From Raillietiella orientalis (Eukaryota), in NCBI GenBank assembly GCA_036172245.1, contig JAYWIR010000019.1, positions 2,666,001 to 2,730,000 of the forward strand: 64,000 bases of DNA, in the 5' to 3' direction. Shown piece after piece: positions 38,001-50,000 of the stretch (the first letter of the stretch is position 1; each line of letters begins with the position of its first letter). Below the pieces are notes generated by a model. That model was given only the letters and a program-made list of their open reading frames with translations. It was not told where the DNA came from and did not search any database. The position numbers and the translations under genes are program-made.

Positions 38001-41000
38001 TCCTACCACACACGTCCGGGTTACATTGCGCGCGTCGGTCAAGGGTCGGCCACCTCCTCTGAAGGCTCTCTCAACGGAATTCTTTGCTTCCCTGCATTTG
38101 GGGTTCTCTTCTTCCCGCGCTGCAAGGAAGAGGGAGAGGGGGATGCGTTCTTTGTCGGCCGGCGTCGCGACGGCTGCTCGACCTCCCGCGGAGGAGCCGC
38201 GTGAGCCGGCGCGATTTACCCGACGTGGAAGCACTAGGCGAGACCACCTAGGCGGAAAAGCACACTGGCCTCGTGCCTGCCTAGGTGGTCTCCGGGAGCA
38301 CCTCGCTGCCCGACTACGCCCAGGTGTCCTCCCGTGCATCCTGAATTCGAGCATCACACCGTCACTCCGGACCAAATTGCTCCTTCCCTTTGGATACCCG
38401 GAGGAATCTCTATCGAAGGGATCGTTCCTTGTTCGCTCCTCTAGAGGGAACTCTGGGGGAGGTGCTTCCCATTTTCTCCGATGGGCTTGCCCGAAGGAAG
38501 CAGCACGCTTCTAGGACTGCTCCAGGGAGGAGCTGACTTCACGAGCGCAATCGGTTCCGTGACATGAACCGGAAGGGAATCTTGGAGCTCCGCAACTCCT
38601 GGAGGGACCCCGGAACCCGGAAAGTGTTTCTGATTCCAGCCAGTCAACGGGGGCAGCCGGTCTCCGGCAAGAGTACGCCATTCCTGGTGCCTCACCCGAA
38701 GCCCGCGAGCCAATCAGCGTCCTGCGGATGGGCTCGAACCCTCGACGCATGGTGCTGCGCGCAGAAGCCGCAGCCAACACAGGGCCGGCCGCCATGCGGT
38801 TGGACCGCAGCCGCGAAGGCCGTGGAAGCTTTCGGTCGGACCTACACTGTGGAATGTGGAATATCAGGAGGAGGGGGAAGGGGGAAGAATGGGATAACGG
38901 CGCTGTTCCTTGCACCTATCAGTTGCCCTATGGGTCTTCCCTCTCCCTCTCTCTTCATCCTCGGAATGCCCCAGGGAAGCAGCGACCTCGAAAGACAAGG
39001 AAGAGAGTGAGTCCGGAAGGACGATTTCGCGCGTTGCCACTGCCCATGCTGCTCGCTGTCTTGGACGCGCTGCGTGGAGCTCCACGGCTGGAGAAGGGAG
39101 AAGCGTCCTGGCATGGAAATTTCTCAAGAGGGGCGGTGTACAGAGTCGTCCTTCGGGACTCTCTCTTCCCCTCCTTCAAGGTCTTCCTTTCAAGGTAGCC
39201 GGTGGCGGACCCCTCAGTCGCGGAAGCAGCTCGTTGCCGCACGCGCTGCCCACCTGTTCGGTCAAAGCGTGCAGCACCAGGGCTACGTCGTCGCGTTCCA
39301 GGGGTATCCTGGACATGAGCATCCTGTAGACGTCCAGAGGATGGAGGTTGGGTTCCTTTCTGCCGGCGTCCTTCCCTTCCACGAACACCTAGCAAGAACA
39401 ACATGGACACCGGCGTCCACCGTCAGTAGTGGCCACCTGCCGGCCGCAGCTGCGGATCGGCCAGCAAGGTCGGTGTTTTTTTCGAACGTCCCCGCAGGGT
39501 AGAACTCCCAGCTGGAGGAAGCGGATCGGAGAGGGACGCCGCCCCGCAACCGACAGAGGTCGTGTTCCGGTGAAAAGCCGGTCCTGCCAGCACCTGCCAA
39601 CCCCTTCGGCGTGGGGATCGAAGCATGTCGGTACGCAAGAGCAGCAGTTCAGGAGGTCGGAAATGCGTGCAGAAACGTTGCCGCGTCTCCTCCGCGACTC
39701 GGTATGATTTCACCTTCTGGCAACTAGGCGACGGTGGTCTCCAACTGCTGTTTCCATTTGTTCCCGACTCTTTCGTGGCAACGTAGGAACTTCCTTCCTC
39801 ATGCTGATCGAAGCGCCTCGAGCTTTCGCGGTCATTGGCATAGGTAGAGTCAGGGAAAGAAGCGCCGAAGAATGGCTGGCGAAAGGCACCATTCTTCAGC
39901 GAATGAGAGGCGGGGAGGGAAGCGACTCTCTTCGGCCGTTCCTGGGAAATCTTCCTCCTCCAGGAAGCCTATTCACGCGGTCTGAAGTTCACTCCCTCAC
40001 GCGCCGTGCAGGTGGGAAAAACGAAGAGAGTCCCTGTCGTATCAAGAAGGGGCAAACCACAAGCGGTCGCTCGGAAACGGCGGAGGGCGCAATGCCGCGG
40101 GGTGAGATAATCGTACGCTTGGGATGAGTCCGTGGAGCTGGACAGAGATAATTCGGCTGGAGTTCGAGAGGAGCCCGGAAGAGATTATAGCCCAAGGGAG
40201 GTTGCCGTGAGCTTCCTTGCGACAGGCGGGAAAAGGAGGAAGAGGAGGCAGCGCATCGGGCGGCTGTCACTGGGAAGAGGAGGAGCTTCGGCCACCTGCA
40301 TCCTGAACCCCACGCCGCGGCAGGTTGTCACCGCGTCCCAGGGCGCCGACACGGTGGTCGCGCCACTGATTCCAGAACCCTTCCTCGGCTTCCTGCTGCC
40401 CTTGGCAACCGGCAGCTTCCCTGGGCGTCCGCATCGGGCGCGCGCCGCAAGTGGTCCCTTCAAGCGACGAGGCTCTATTCGTCGCTTGAAGAGCGAGAAG
40501 AGAGATCACGATGGCGTCGGTAACGCCAGCAGCAGCAGTGACTGAGGCGGCACCTTCTTGGCGTTGTGCATCGACAAAAGAGGGTTCGTTGGGTGTGTGT
40601 TAAGACTCCTGCTGCTCCAGAATCGTCCGCGCTGCGCCCGATTCCTTTTCCCTATACGCAGGGATATCGGAACATTCAAGTTGCGGGTTCGAACCGAGAG
40701 GCACACATGCACCCCAGTGGGGTCTCGGACCTACTAGGCTCGCCTCCGAACCCAGCTCTTCACTTTCCGTGCGCGTCCTGACCTCAAGACCCGTGAAGCG
40801 CGTTGACCTGGCTCGCAATCTGCAAAGCGAAAGCTGCTGAGAGCAGGAAGCGATTCGCGGCTGCGCGCCAAAATGCGCCATCGTGCTGCTCACTGCGCGC
40901 ATGCGCTACGGTACATAGGATACTCTTCTCTCCTCCCATCCCTCGCCCACACGGGCGCGAAAAGTCGCTGCGAGGGCGAAAATTCCTCAAAAAAAAAAAA

Positions 41001-44000
41001 GTTTTTGGTTGCCTTCGTGATCCTGAGGGCGTCCAGGTAATCCAGGTAGTTTTTCTTGAAGGCGTGCATCCTGGAGATGAGGTCCAGGAATTTTTCGAGC
41101 AGGTTCCGGGTTTCACCGGCACCGCCGCTCCCCGCCGTAGCGGCACCGCCACGTCCGGCGGATCCTTGCCAAGGCAGCTCTGCAAACGTAAGGGCATGGA
41201 GACTGTCCTGAGGAGAAGCTGAAGCTCCGCCCCACGGGTTGCCTCAAATTCTCGCGGCCCGGTGGGTCCTCCTGGACCCGGACGAAGCGGGACCGAATTC
41301 CGAACGGAGGCCGCAGCAGGAAGGACGCCGAGGACGCGGCGCACAAGCTGGAAGACGGTCCTCCCTCCCTTCTTTCGCGTCCTTTCCCTGAGTGGGAGGC
41401 CAGCCCAGAGGAGCGAACGTTTGCTTCTGACCCACCTGCGACACGGAGAGGAATGCCTACCAAGGCCCTTTCCCCAGGGAGAGAAAGGAAGAGAAAACCA
41501 ACAAAGCTCCAGAGGAAGACGAAACCTCGCGAAGATGGTCCAGAATGCGGGATGGCGCAGCAGCCGAGAGCGAGGCATCCCCGGGGTGGCGTTACCTTTG
41601 CTGAACTCGTCGTCCAGCAGCTTCTTGGCAGGAGAGACGAGGAACTGCTCTCCCGGCAACGCGCGATGCGATGGGACGGGAGGGTGGTACAGCGACAGTA
41701 GAAGGGTCGTCCTGAGGACGTTCCGGTGAGATAGCGGCTCGAGGAAGCTCTGCAGCCTCTGCGTCTCTTTGGAGGGTTTGAGTGGCCACCTGGAACGGCG
41801 AGGGTGGTGCTGGTGCCCTCGAGGCGAACAGACCGCGGGGCGGCGCCAAGTGTGCCTCCCGTTTCGCCGCCCTTGAGGGACGACGGCGCTGCTGCTCCAG
41901 CACCACGCGACGGGACGCGCCCACCCGCCTCCCTTGCCATCCGAACTCCCGAAATCCGCGCACTCCTGTGCCGGGACGGGTATCCCGTGACACGCAGCGC
42001 ACCTCCCGGGTGGCTCGCCAAGAAGCAGACTGCGGCCCCGGGAACGCGCACGGGGTTCTCCCACGTGGGCACGCGCAGAGGGTCGACGGGAGCGCATCGC
42101 ACTCCAGGTCCGGGAACGCCCTCTTTGAGGACTCCCTAGACTTGAGATCCCTTCCTTCCTCTCCTTGTCCTGTCGACGAAGGTGATCCGGGACGCGGTAG
42201 ACTCAGCGCTGGTTCACATTTCGCGGAGAAGCTACTCTGAAGCTGTCAGGACCCCTCTGGACGGATCATCGCGTGAAAGGAAGATAGGAGTGGGGGGTGG
42301 AATTTTCCACTCCCCACTCCTATCTTCGGCGTAGGCGCGCCGCCGCGACATCGAAGGCGCCCGAGGGATCCCTTTATCTTGTCCCAGTTGCCATGGAAGA
42401 GGCTGCAGGGCCTTTGCACCCCTGGTGAGGCGTCATCTTCCTCCTTCCTCCGATTTCGCGGGAAGCAGCCTCCCTCCCTTCCAACTGTTTCCTTGGCATC
42501 CTCAGCAGAAGGGCGACTTCTAGTTAGTTCTTTCGGTGCTGGGGGGTCGGGTGTGCTCAGAAGGCTCAGGGGCCGTTCCCCTGGAGCCCTCGCAGCGGTA
42601 TCCGCTGCCTCCGTCGGAAGGAATCTGTGCCGGACGGAAGCAACTCCGCTTGTTGGCACCATCCAGGGGAAGCTGCAGTCCTCCTCCTCCGACAGAACGC
42701 CGGAAACAATCTGGACCTCCCACACCCCTGGCCTCGGCTGTGACGACGGCTCTCTGCTGTCTTTGGCAACAGGCGCCTCTCTCGGGATCCTATGGGCTTT
42801 GGCATCGGGCGCGCGCCGCAAGCGGTCGTCATTGACCATTCGGACGGACGGTCATTTCGAAGCCAGAGTGGTCTCGACCTTGCGCTTTACCGGATTCGAC
42901 CCCACCCTTTCCCTCGACCCGCCTCAGGCGCAAGGGTTCTCCTCTCTCTGAGGGAGCGTCAGCTCCCGCCTTCCGGCGGGCACCGCACTCGCTCGCATCT
43001 CCGAAAGTTTCCTCCAGGTTTGTCGGTGCAAAGATGGATGACGAAGACGGGAACCCTGAGATGAAGCGGAATTTGGCGACCGAGAAACAGCGCAAAGCAA
43101 CCCCAGAATACGTCAGGATCCACGTCCTCGTCCCAGGCACCCGGGTGGACCCGAACGGAGGGGCTGTCTGGTAGTGACGGAGGGAGGGAAAGAAAAGGGA
43201 AAGTCCGAAAGCGAGTCCTGCGTCTTCCTCCTCTACACTCCCTCCTTTCCTCATCAAAGAAAGGGAAGAGAGGTCGGGGAGAAAAAAGATACATCCTCAG
43301 CTTCCGCGCAGGCGTTTCAATCTCCCCCTCCCTCTCCCTTTCCCCCTCTCCATATCCTCGTACGTCCGGGAGCGTCCTGGAGAGGCCGTAATCTCGAGAT
43401 GGGACTGATCGCACCATCATCATGGTGAGGGGGCGGGCCCTCTCCTCGCAGCAGCCTCCCCCACCTTATCCCTAGCACTCTGTTGGTCGCCGTGGTTCCA
43501 GAAGATGCTCGGGATAACCAGCGGGAGGCGGAGGGAGGGCACCTGAAGGGCCAGTCGATCGCCTGCCCATCGCTATCCCTCGCAAGGGGACGAGGGCGGG
43601 CTGGGTTTTCCTGGTGGACTCGAGGTCGCGGCCATCCAGTCCGGTCAGCCGCCAGCCCGCCGCGCGACGGGACCCAGACGCCCCCCTCTGACTTACCGTG
43701 CGGCCGCTGCCAGTTCCGGAGACTTCCGAGAACTCGGAGCCACAGCGGCGTCCGGCAGCACCGCGCGGCCGTCCGACGCGGCGTGGACGGTGAGAGCTAT
43801 GGGCGCCACGGCGGCCGCCAGACTTTCGGTCCAGCAGTCGGGGTCGCTTTCCAACAGGATGAAGGCGTCTATCCCAAGGGAGATCCTGGGAAACTCTCCG
43901 ATAAAGTCCAGGGATTCAAAGGACATCAGCACCACCAGTGCGTCGAGGCACCCCGTCTTCTCGCCTACGGAAATCGCGGTTATGGAACCTCCCCCTACCC

Positions 44001-47000
44001 CCATCCTTGTCCCCATCCCGAGACTACCGATGGAATCGGGAAGTGCCAGGTCTCCCCGCCTCGTCATGTACTTGGAAAGGCGGGAGTTCGAGGGCGGATG
44101 TCCGACCTCCTGTTCTCCCTCCTTCGCCTTGCGAGGTTTTCCCTTCTTCCCCTCTCTCCGGTCCTCCTTGTCCTGAGGAGCAGCCTTGCCGCGGGCTGCT
44201 GCCGCGGCATCTTCGTCTTCCCACGTGACCTTCGCAAGAGGAAGGAGATGATAACGGGAGGAGGAGGAGGAGGAAGAGGCAGCGAGAGAGAGGGGGACAA
44301 AGAAGCCCCACCGCCGCCGCCTCCACAGGAGGTCGTCCTCTCACCCGGGTCCCCGTTTTCTCCAGTTTGCTCCTCGTCTTCAAGGAGTGCAGGAGCAGTT
44401 TCACTAGCCGGGCGGTAATCGGGGGAGGGAGGGGCTCCCTCGCGTCTAGCAGGAGCTTGGCCACCGACAGCGTCTGCGCTCCCACTGAGTCCTCTCCGAC
44501 CTTCCCCAGCTTGGGCGCTGCGGAAGTCATCCTCCTCACGAACTAAAAGGCACGGTTTCCGAGGCAGAGGGGGGACCGTGCGGCATCCCGACCCTCGGTA
44601 CACAAGAAAGAAGCCGCACGAGAGGAGCGCGCGCCAGCGCAAGGCAGAGTCTATCGGGCGCACGGCAGCTTCGCCGCAGGCCCGGACGGCGGCCTGCCGA
44701 AGATCCGCCTTCCGGGTCCGCCCAAGAGTGCGGGTCTTCATACGTCCCTCCCTATTCTTCCCTGATGCTGCGGTGATGGACTGGCGGTGAACTCCTCCTT
44801 CCTCTCACCGCCGCCGTCCGACCTTCCGCAGCAATCAATGAAGTCATCCCGAACACTTCTACTGCCTCCATCGAAACCTCCCCCGCCCGCCCTCATGCGT
44901 GCCTCAGGATTCTTAGACTCGTGCAGCGGCCATCCCCTGCTTGGAAGAGAAGCTCCTGCCTACCGTTTACCCTCCTTCCTTCCTCCTTTACCTCCTGGCG
45001 GGGAACTTCCCTCCCTAGCAGCTGCTTCTTCCGCTTCTGCCTCTTCCGATTCCCTGTCCTAGGGATCGCTCCCTTCTCCCTCCCTCCCTCTTTTCATCTC
45101 CGCAAGTGAGTGGCAAATGCCGTCTGGGCGCTCCTAGTCTGCTTCATTGGTCCAGCGTTCCGAGGAGCGACTCGGCGCCCAGAGGAACGGCGGATCCTTG
45201 GGCGAGTCGAACCACGCGGCCTTCACCCGGGAACAAGAAAGACGGGGCCAAGCCGCGGAGGCTCTGGCGGCTCGCTACCTGGACATGCTGTCCGGCCACG
45301 CGCGCCCGAGGCGGCTGCCGTGGCCGCGGGTCGGGTCGCGAGGCGACCCACTGGTTCCCCGCTCATCCGTCTTCCCATCATCTGACGTCGGAAACCGAGC
45401 ATCCATTCTTCGAGTGCACACGTGACTTTTGCACGCGCGTGACGATCCCACGCGTGCGACACGCGTGACTTCACGCGCACGCGTGCAAATACGCAAACTG
45501 CTTCCGCATTTCGAAGCTCCGGGTACTCCGTGGTGGCGTATGCCCCTTGGTTAAACACGAAGAAGAACCCAGAGGGACAGCTTTTGAAGGAAGGGGGGTG
45601 GTTCGCCAAGTGCTGAAGAACCATTCGCTTCATTAGAAGAGGTCATTGGGCTCTTTCATCAGTCTAATCCACCCCGTGGGTGCCTTGTAACTCTTCACGT
45701 TAGGGGGTAACCCCAGAGGGACCTCCCTATGCGTTCAGGAAGGCTCTGAGGAGAGGAGTCCGTTCCTCTTACGCTTGATATGGGAGTCCCGAAGGGAACC
45801 CTCTTCCTGGTTGTCTCCAAAGGGATCCTCTTCTTTTTCTCTCCAGAGGGTTCCCTCGGATGAGGTGACTCCTCGTTTCTTCTACGAAGGGAACCCGCAA
45901 GGGAAGCGCCGCTCCTTGTCTTCTCCTTCGAAGGACGCTCCCCGAAGGGAGCAGCGCTCTTCTTCACCCTCTAGAGATACAACTCTGAGATGAGGTGACT
46001 CTAGAGATACAATCCCCTTAGGGGTGTGTGAACCAGCTCCATGGTAAGGCGATGGAGGGTCCCCCCTCAAAGGGAAGGATAGCCCGATTTTCACCAACGG
46101 AGGGGGACAATCCCGAAAGGCTCCTTGATTCCCGGAAGAACCCCGGAGAGTCGATTTCCACCACTGCAGCACCCGAAGCCCGTGGGGCCAACCAGCGCCA
46201 TCTTGCGGGGGGAACTCGGGACCCACGACGCACCCTCCTTTCTCGGCGTCGATCCTCCACGTGATTTTCGAACCCGCGACGCCAGGTGCCGCGCCTTGCA
46301 GGGGAGACCGAGGCTACGCGCCTGCTTGGGCGGGGTGGCCGTTCCGTGCATCGAGGGAAAGTGTGGCTCGAAGCGTGGCTCAAAGACCCACGAGACATGA
46401 GTCCTTTCCCTCAGACTCCGTCCTTAAGGCGGAAGCGGGTAGTGGAGCGAGAGTGCCCGAACAACCTCCTCCTCCCACCCGTTCCCTTCCCGATTGTCCA
46501 GTGCCACGAGGGCCGGGAACAGGGAGGGCTGATTTCGCTTGCGCCCGCAGGGACTCGCATCCTCCACGGCCTGTGCATGGGACCCGCAGCCTATGCGCAG
46601 GCGCAAATTCGACTCGACTGACGCCCTCCGCGCTGCAGCGGCACCACTGCAGAGTGGACTTTCGCACCACCCATGAGGGTGGACGACGCTTCCGCGAGAA
46701 CACGTGGCGTTCAGCCGGAGGAAAGAGAGAACGGCGGAAGATCAACGAGGGAGCCAGTCCTACTGCTTTGACGTGCTCCAGTGTGAGGACGAGGATGTTC
46801 TGTTCCCTTTCGTTTATCTGCAGCTCCAGGGCTTGGGCTTGCGGTAAGTGGCCTGGATCGGTTTCGCTTGCGTTGACGACGTAAACGATGCTGTATTTCC
46901 AGTCCCCCTGTGAAACAACGGTTCCCTGTTGTGGCCTTCCCTGGATTCCGCGAAAACCACTCACCGAACCCAGATCGATCTGGTCTATCCCGTCCTCTAT

Positions 47001-47051
47001 CTGCGACGCCGTCTTCCCATCTTTTCCTTTGTCTTTTTTCCTCCCCTTCAT
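20058..47051 (-). CDS. SPAG17: Sperm-associated antigen 17 (PF6)-like axonemal central-pair protein; ~27 kb, probably more than 25 exons
   Basis: Collinear exon peptides match recalled SPAG17 motifs. ATG 47051; exons 47051-46965, 46907-46764 (GDWKYSIVYVV), 44542-44345 (AKLLLDAREPLPPPITARLVKLLL), 44229-44028, 43964-43697, ~41.1 kb (FLDLISRMHAFKKNYLDYLDAL), ~39.3 kb (VYRMLMSRIPLERDDVALVLHALTEQ), ~33.6 kb-33337 (YDLEEWRYSESF), 33289-33115 (LLSLQNPVN...WEGRILSEVTFREFL), ~29.5 kb (HGFDVGGRILHFRG..FPQDG), ~28.2 kb (YREDGVEQV), ~25.6-24.8 kb (HKPRFLVL...IRQFLKWRSLSDALR). C-terminal PapD/ASH-like exons 20679-20491, 20297-20161 (HGLQIHTELGVLHVPV), 20106-20058 (TGA). Some internal exons are unresolved. 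Confidence 0.85.
21437..21800 (+). repeat. Degenerate (GGA/GAA) polypurine tract in a SPAG17 intron
   Basis: About 360 nt almost purely A/G on +. Confidence 0.95.
24045..24155 (+). repeat. Polypurine tract (intronic)
   Basis: A/G-rich low-complexity run. Confidence 0.9.
26363..26535 (+). repeat. Polypurine tract (intronic)
   Basis: A/G-rich low-complexity run. Confidence 0.9.
30905..31207 (+). repeat. Degenerate (CAT/CGT)n trinucleotide microsatellite
   Basis: CATCGTCATCATC... over about 300 nt. Confidence 0.95.
34601..35700 (+). mobile_element. Interspersed repeat copy 2 (non-LTR 5'UTR plus ORF1), in a SPAG17 intron and antisense to the gene
   Basis: Homologous to copies 1 and 3. 'RLSRVVLLNAFWRIPDASDERLLG' resembles the Tx1 ORF1 RRM motif (RVxxxNVPxxIPDExI); 'ETGT' and 'RPPRC' follow. 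Confidence 0.65.
37195..37530 (+). repeat. Degenerate (GAT/GGT)n trinucleotide microsatellite
   Basis: GATGATGGTGATG... over about 330 nt. Confidence 0.95.
37563..37905 (+). repeat. Imperfect ~80-bp direct repeat (two copies)
   Basis: TGTTGAGCACAGAGC..TTCCCAGCGCGCTCTTCAG..GCTCATT..GGCTGCA..CCTTCCG.CCACC at ~37573 and ~37827. Confidence 0.85.
45669..46400 (+). mobile_element. Interspersed repeat copy 3 (non-LTR 5' end), in SPAG17 intron 2
   Basis: Similar to copy 1 (e.g. GATGAGG.GACTCCTCGTTTCTTCTACGAAGGGAACCCGCAAGG) and copy 2 (CGACGCACCC.CC.TTCTCGGCGTCG.TCCTCCACGTG). Confidence 0.75.
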
Positions 47052-50000
47052 CCTCCCAACACTTTTGGGGCGCAGGATGGTGGAAACTCTGGGGGCAGGC
47101 CGCTCGCCTCCTGGGCAGCGATGTCTTCTGTGCGGTCTGAAGGCACCTCCAAGCAACCTCTCCCTTGTTCTTGTGAATAAACAAAAGGTCTGAGGTGTGC
47201 AGAAAGGAAAGGATATTCGAATGGGACTTGCATTCAGAAGTGCCCAGCTGTGTGTATATGTGTATGTGTGTGCGTGCTCGCGTGACGAAGCGCACACGTC
47301 GGGGTCCAAAAGCGCGCGCGAGTGGCTGTTGCGCGTTAGAAGCGCTCTCGAGATTGCTACAGAGCGCGAAGGAATTTTCTTTGCTCCTTCATCTGCGACC
47401 TGAGGACTCGGGAAATTTTCCGAGAAACTTTTTTTTTTTCTTTTTGAAAGATCATTTTCCTGCATTCATCTTGCTGCCAAATCATCAGTCAATGCAAACG
47501 ACAGAAAATGGGGATTTTTTTTTCCCCTTTCTTGTTTTTCTAATCAGCTGAAAACATGTTCCAGAAAAAATCGGTGGAAAGCAGCAATAGCAACGAAATC
47601 CCATGGGTCTCGGAAAATTGCAGCTCCCAAGTTTAGGAAAGGAGAACTTTGTAGCGCGTGGGAGGAATTTTCGCTGCTTTCACCGTCGCTTCCTCCGCGG
47701 AACAGGGGAACTCCAGTGCAGCAAAACAGCAAGGATGAACTTTAGCCTGAGGTTTCAAGATTTAGAGGTGAATGGTCCAAAGGCGGAACCCTCGACACCT
47801 CGGTAATCAGTTGGAAACGTTCACACCCTTGACTAGAAGGAAATCTTTTTTTCAAGAGCACTCGCTGACCCGCCGAGAAACTTATCTTCGCCATGTTCGA
47901 ATACACACGGTTTTCGGAAATTGTTAAATTTAATCTGAATCTCGAAACCAGAATCCATGACATTCAGTGGGAGCGCATCCCACGTGATGTGAAACAAGGA
48001 AACGTTTCCAGGCATCGCGATAGTGGTGGGCAGGCACCAAAGATCATGAGGTGGTTGGTGCACAGAACGTTTTAGACAGTAAGTGAACATCGGACGAACC
48101 AGTTCTTGCTGGTTATAAAGTCCGTCAATACAAACTGATGGCACACCTGCGTTTTTTTTTTGGCTAAATTTTGCTGAATCACTTCTCAGTTGTTCGGTGT
48201 CGGCGTGCATGCAAAGTTGTTTCTGAGGAATAGGGAAGGGAAACGCAAGACACCCTTCCCTCATTTCCGCGATAGCTGCGACGCGAGACAGCTGCCTCAG
48301 ATATTCGCAGCACACCGCGTTTCCTTCGCGAAAATCCCCGCATCAAAATTAAGGCGTGTAAGAAATGCATTTTTCTTAAATGCCTTCCGAAGGTGAAACC
48401 GAACCTGGCACCTCCGATACCATGCGATGGGAACCGTTGTCACTTCAAGGGGAGCCGCCATCTTGCAATGCTGTGCATGCCGCATTGCTAGCTTTCCGCT
48501 TTTAGAAGGGGCACCTCTCCTTCGATATGAGATCAGTGGTGCGCCTGTGCAGAGTGCAGGGTGTGTCTGCACAAAATCGAAAACCCATCGGAAACTTTAC
48601 GTTCGCTTTCTCGGCCTTAGGTCGGCCGTTCTTTCATTTTTCGGAAGCGTGCGCGCTGGCCACGGCCATCTCGCAGGCAAAGAAAGCGCGATCTCAAAAT
48701 GCCCCTTGGGAGGTTTCATTGCTTACCTGTCCCAAAGGGTGTTTTCGCTCAAGGTGAACTTGGGGATCTGCGTCGACAGCTCAATATACGATGAGTGAAA
48801 TCGCGGAGTGTCGCAAGCATCCGGTGAATTCGAACAATAGAATGTTGCCAATGTATACAACAACAGTACATTGTTCTACTACGGCTCTGCTTTGGAAAAG
48901 GTGTGTTTTTTTTTTTCCAAGATGAAATTGTCCGTTTAACGTATGAATTGTCCGTTTTCGACTCTGCGACGGACACGTGCAATTTACAAGAATTCGGCGT
49001 TTTTCAACTGGTGAAAATTCTTCATGCAAGAAAATGGCATCCGATTAAAGTTGAAAACTTGACTAAGCAGTTCGTTTTCGGATCCGTTCATGTACCATGT
49101 GTGCAAGGTGATATGGTTCGGAATCCAGAAGTGCGACGATCTCTTCGTTTCAATAAAGAGACCATCATCATCCTTGCGTTCCATTTCGAATGTTCACCAC
49201 CAGCGCCACTGCCTTTGGGCAATGCACTTCACGCAGCACTCCGCGTCGCAGAGGAGAAGACTTTATTCCTCACCAGCAGTCGTGCTTTCAAAAGAGGCCT
49301 CCTTCTTGTATGGGCTGAAGCCGAGCGAGTCAACGGCTGATGCAGCCGACAAGTGGAAAGCTAAAAACTTGGCAGGCGGATTCCCCGTTAGAGCGCGCAT
49401 GGGTGGCAGCAGAGGGAACACAGAACTGGAGACAAGCGAAGAAGTGAAGATTTAAATGAGAGTCCCGTACGAGTTCCTGTTTTTGCTTGAAACGAAAGTT
49501 TCCTGTCGTTTCGAGGTACTTGAATTCTGTCGTTCCCTGTTTTCGCGGGGCGCTTCCAATGGTCAGCTAGGAAGTTCGCGATGGTCGATTCTCGTCTACT
49601 GGAGGAGGAAGAACTTCCTGCTTTTCGGTTTGCTTGTGGAGACACGTCGACAGCTCAACTGTTTTTGCCGAGAGCCTGAGATTTTTGGTACTCTGAAGAC
49701 TGAAAATCTTAACTTGAAAGCAAACAGAACGTCCTTCGCTTCGAAATCAGCGTGCGCCGTGATTTGCAAGAGGAAAGCTTGAGGCTCCTGTGTCTGTGAG
49801 CGTCGCAGGGGGCAGCCCGTCGCCTTCTTTCTTCAAGAGGATGGAGAAATCCATTAAAAAACAAAAAAAAAAAATTCGAATTTTGCTTTATTTGCCTTTG
49901 TTACTATAACAAGCTTGATTGAAACCTATCGCTGAGTAAAGCACACCCGAGTCCAGAGCCCAGAGCTGAACATCATTCTGGAAGAAGAAATTTTCACTGA

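Noticed and set aside
42388..42401. RFX X-box-like GTTGCCATGGAAGA
   Set aside because: Imperfect right half-site and about 4.6 kb inside the gene; no convincing X-box near the ATG.
15018..47400. Teratorn-like piggyBac-virus fusion, endogenous large DNA virus or bacterial HGT explaining the GC-rich block
   Set aside because: The block resolves into a spliced metazoan SPAG17-like gene; no viral or bacterial hallmark proteins and no right piggyBac end were seen.
18500..47400. Numerous long overlapping Arg/Pro/Gly-rich ORFs (e.g. 40784-42097, 41113-42102, 43483-44418)
   Set aside because: Expected from stop-codon scarcity at high GC; no recognisable domains apart from embedded SPAG17 exons.
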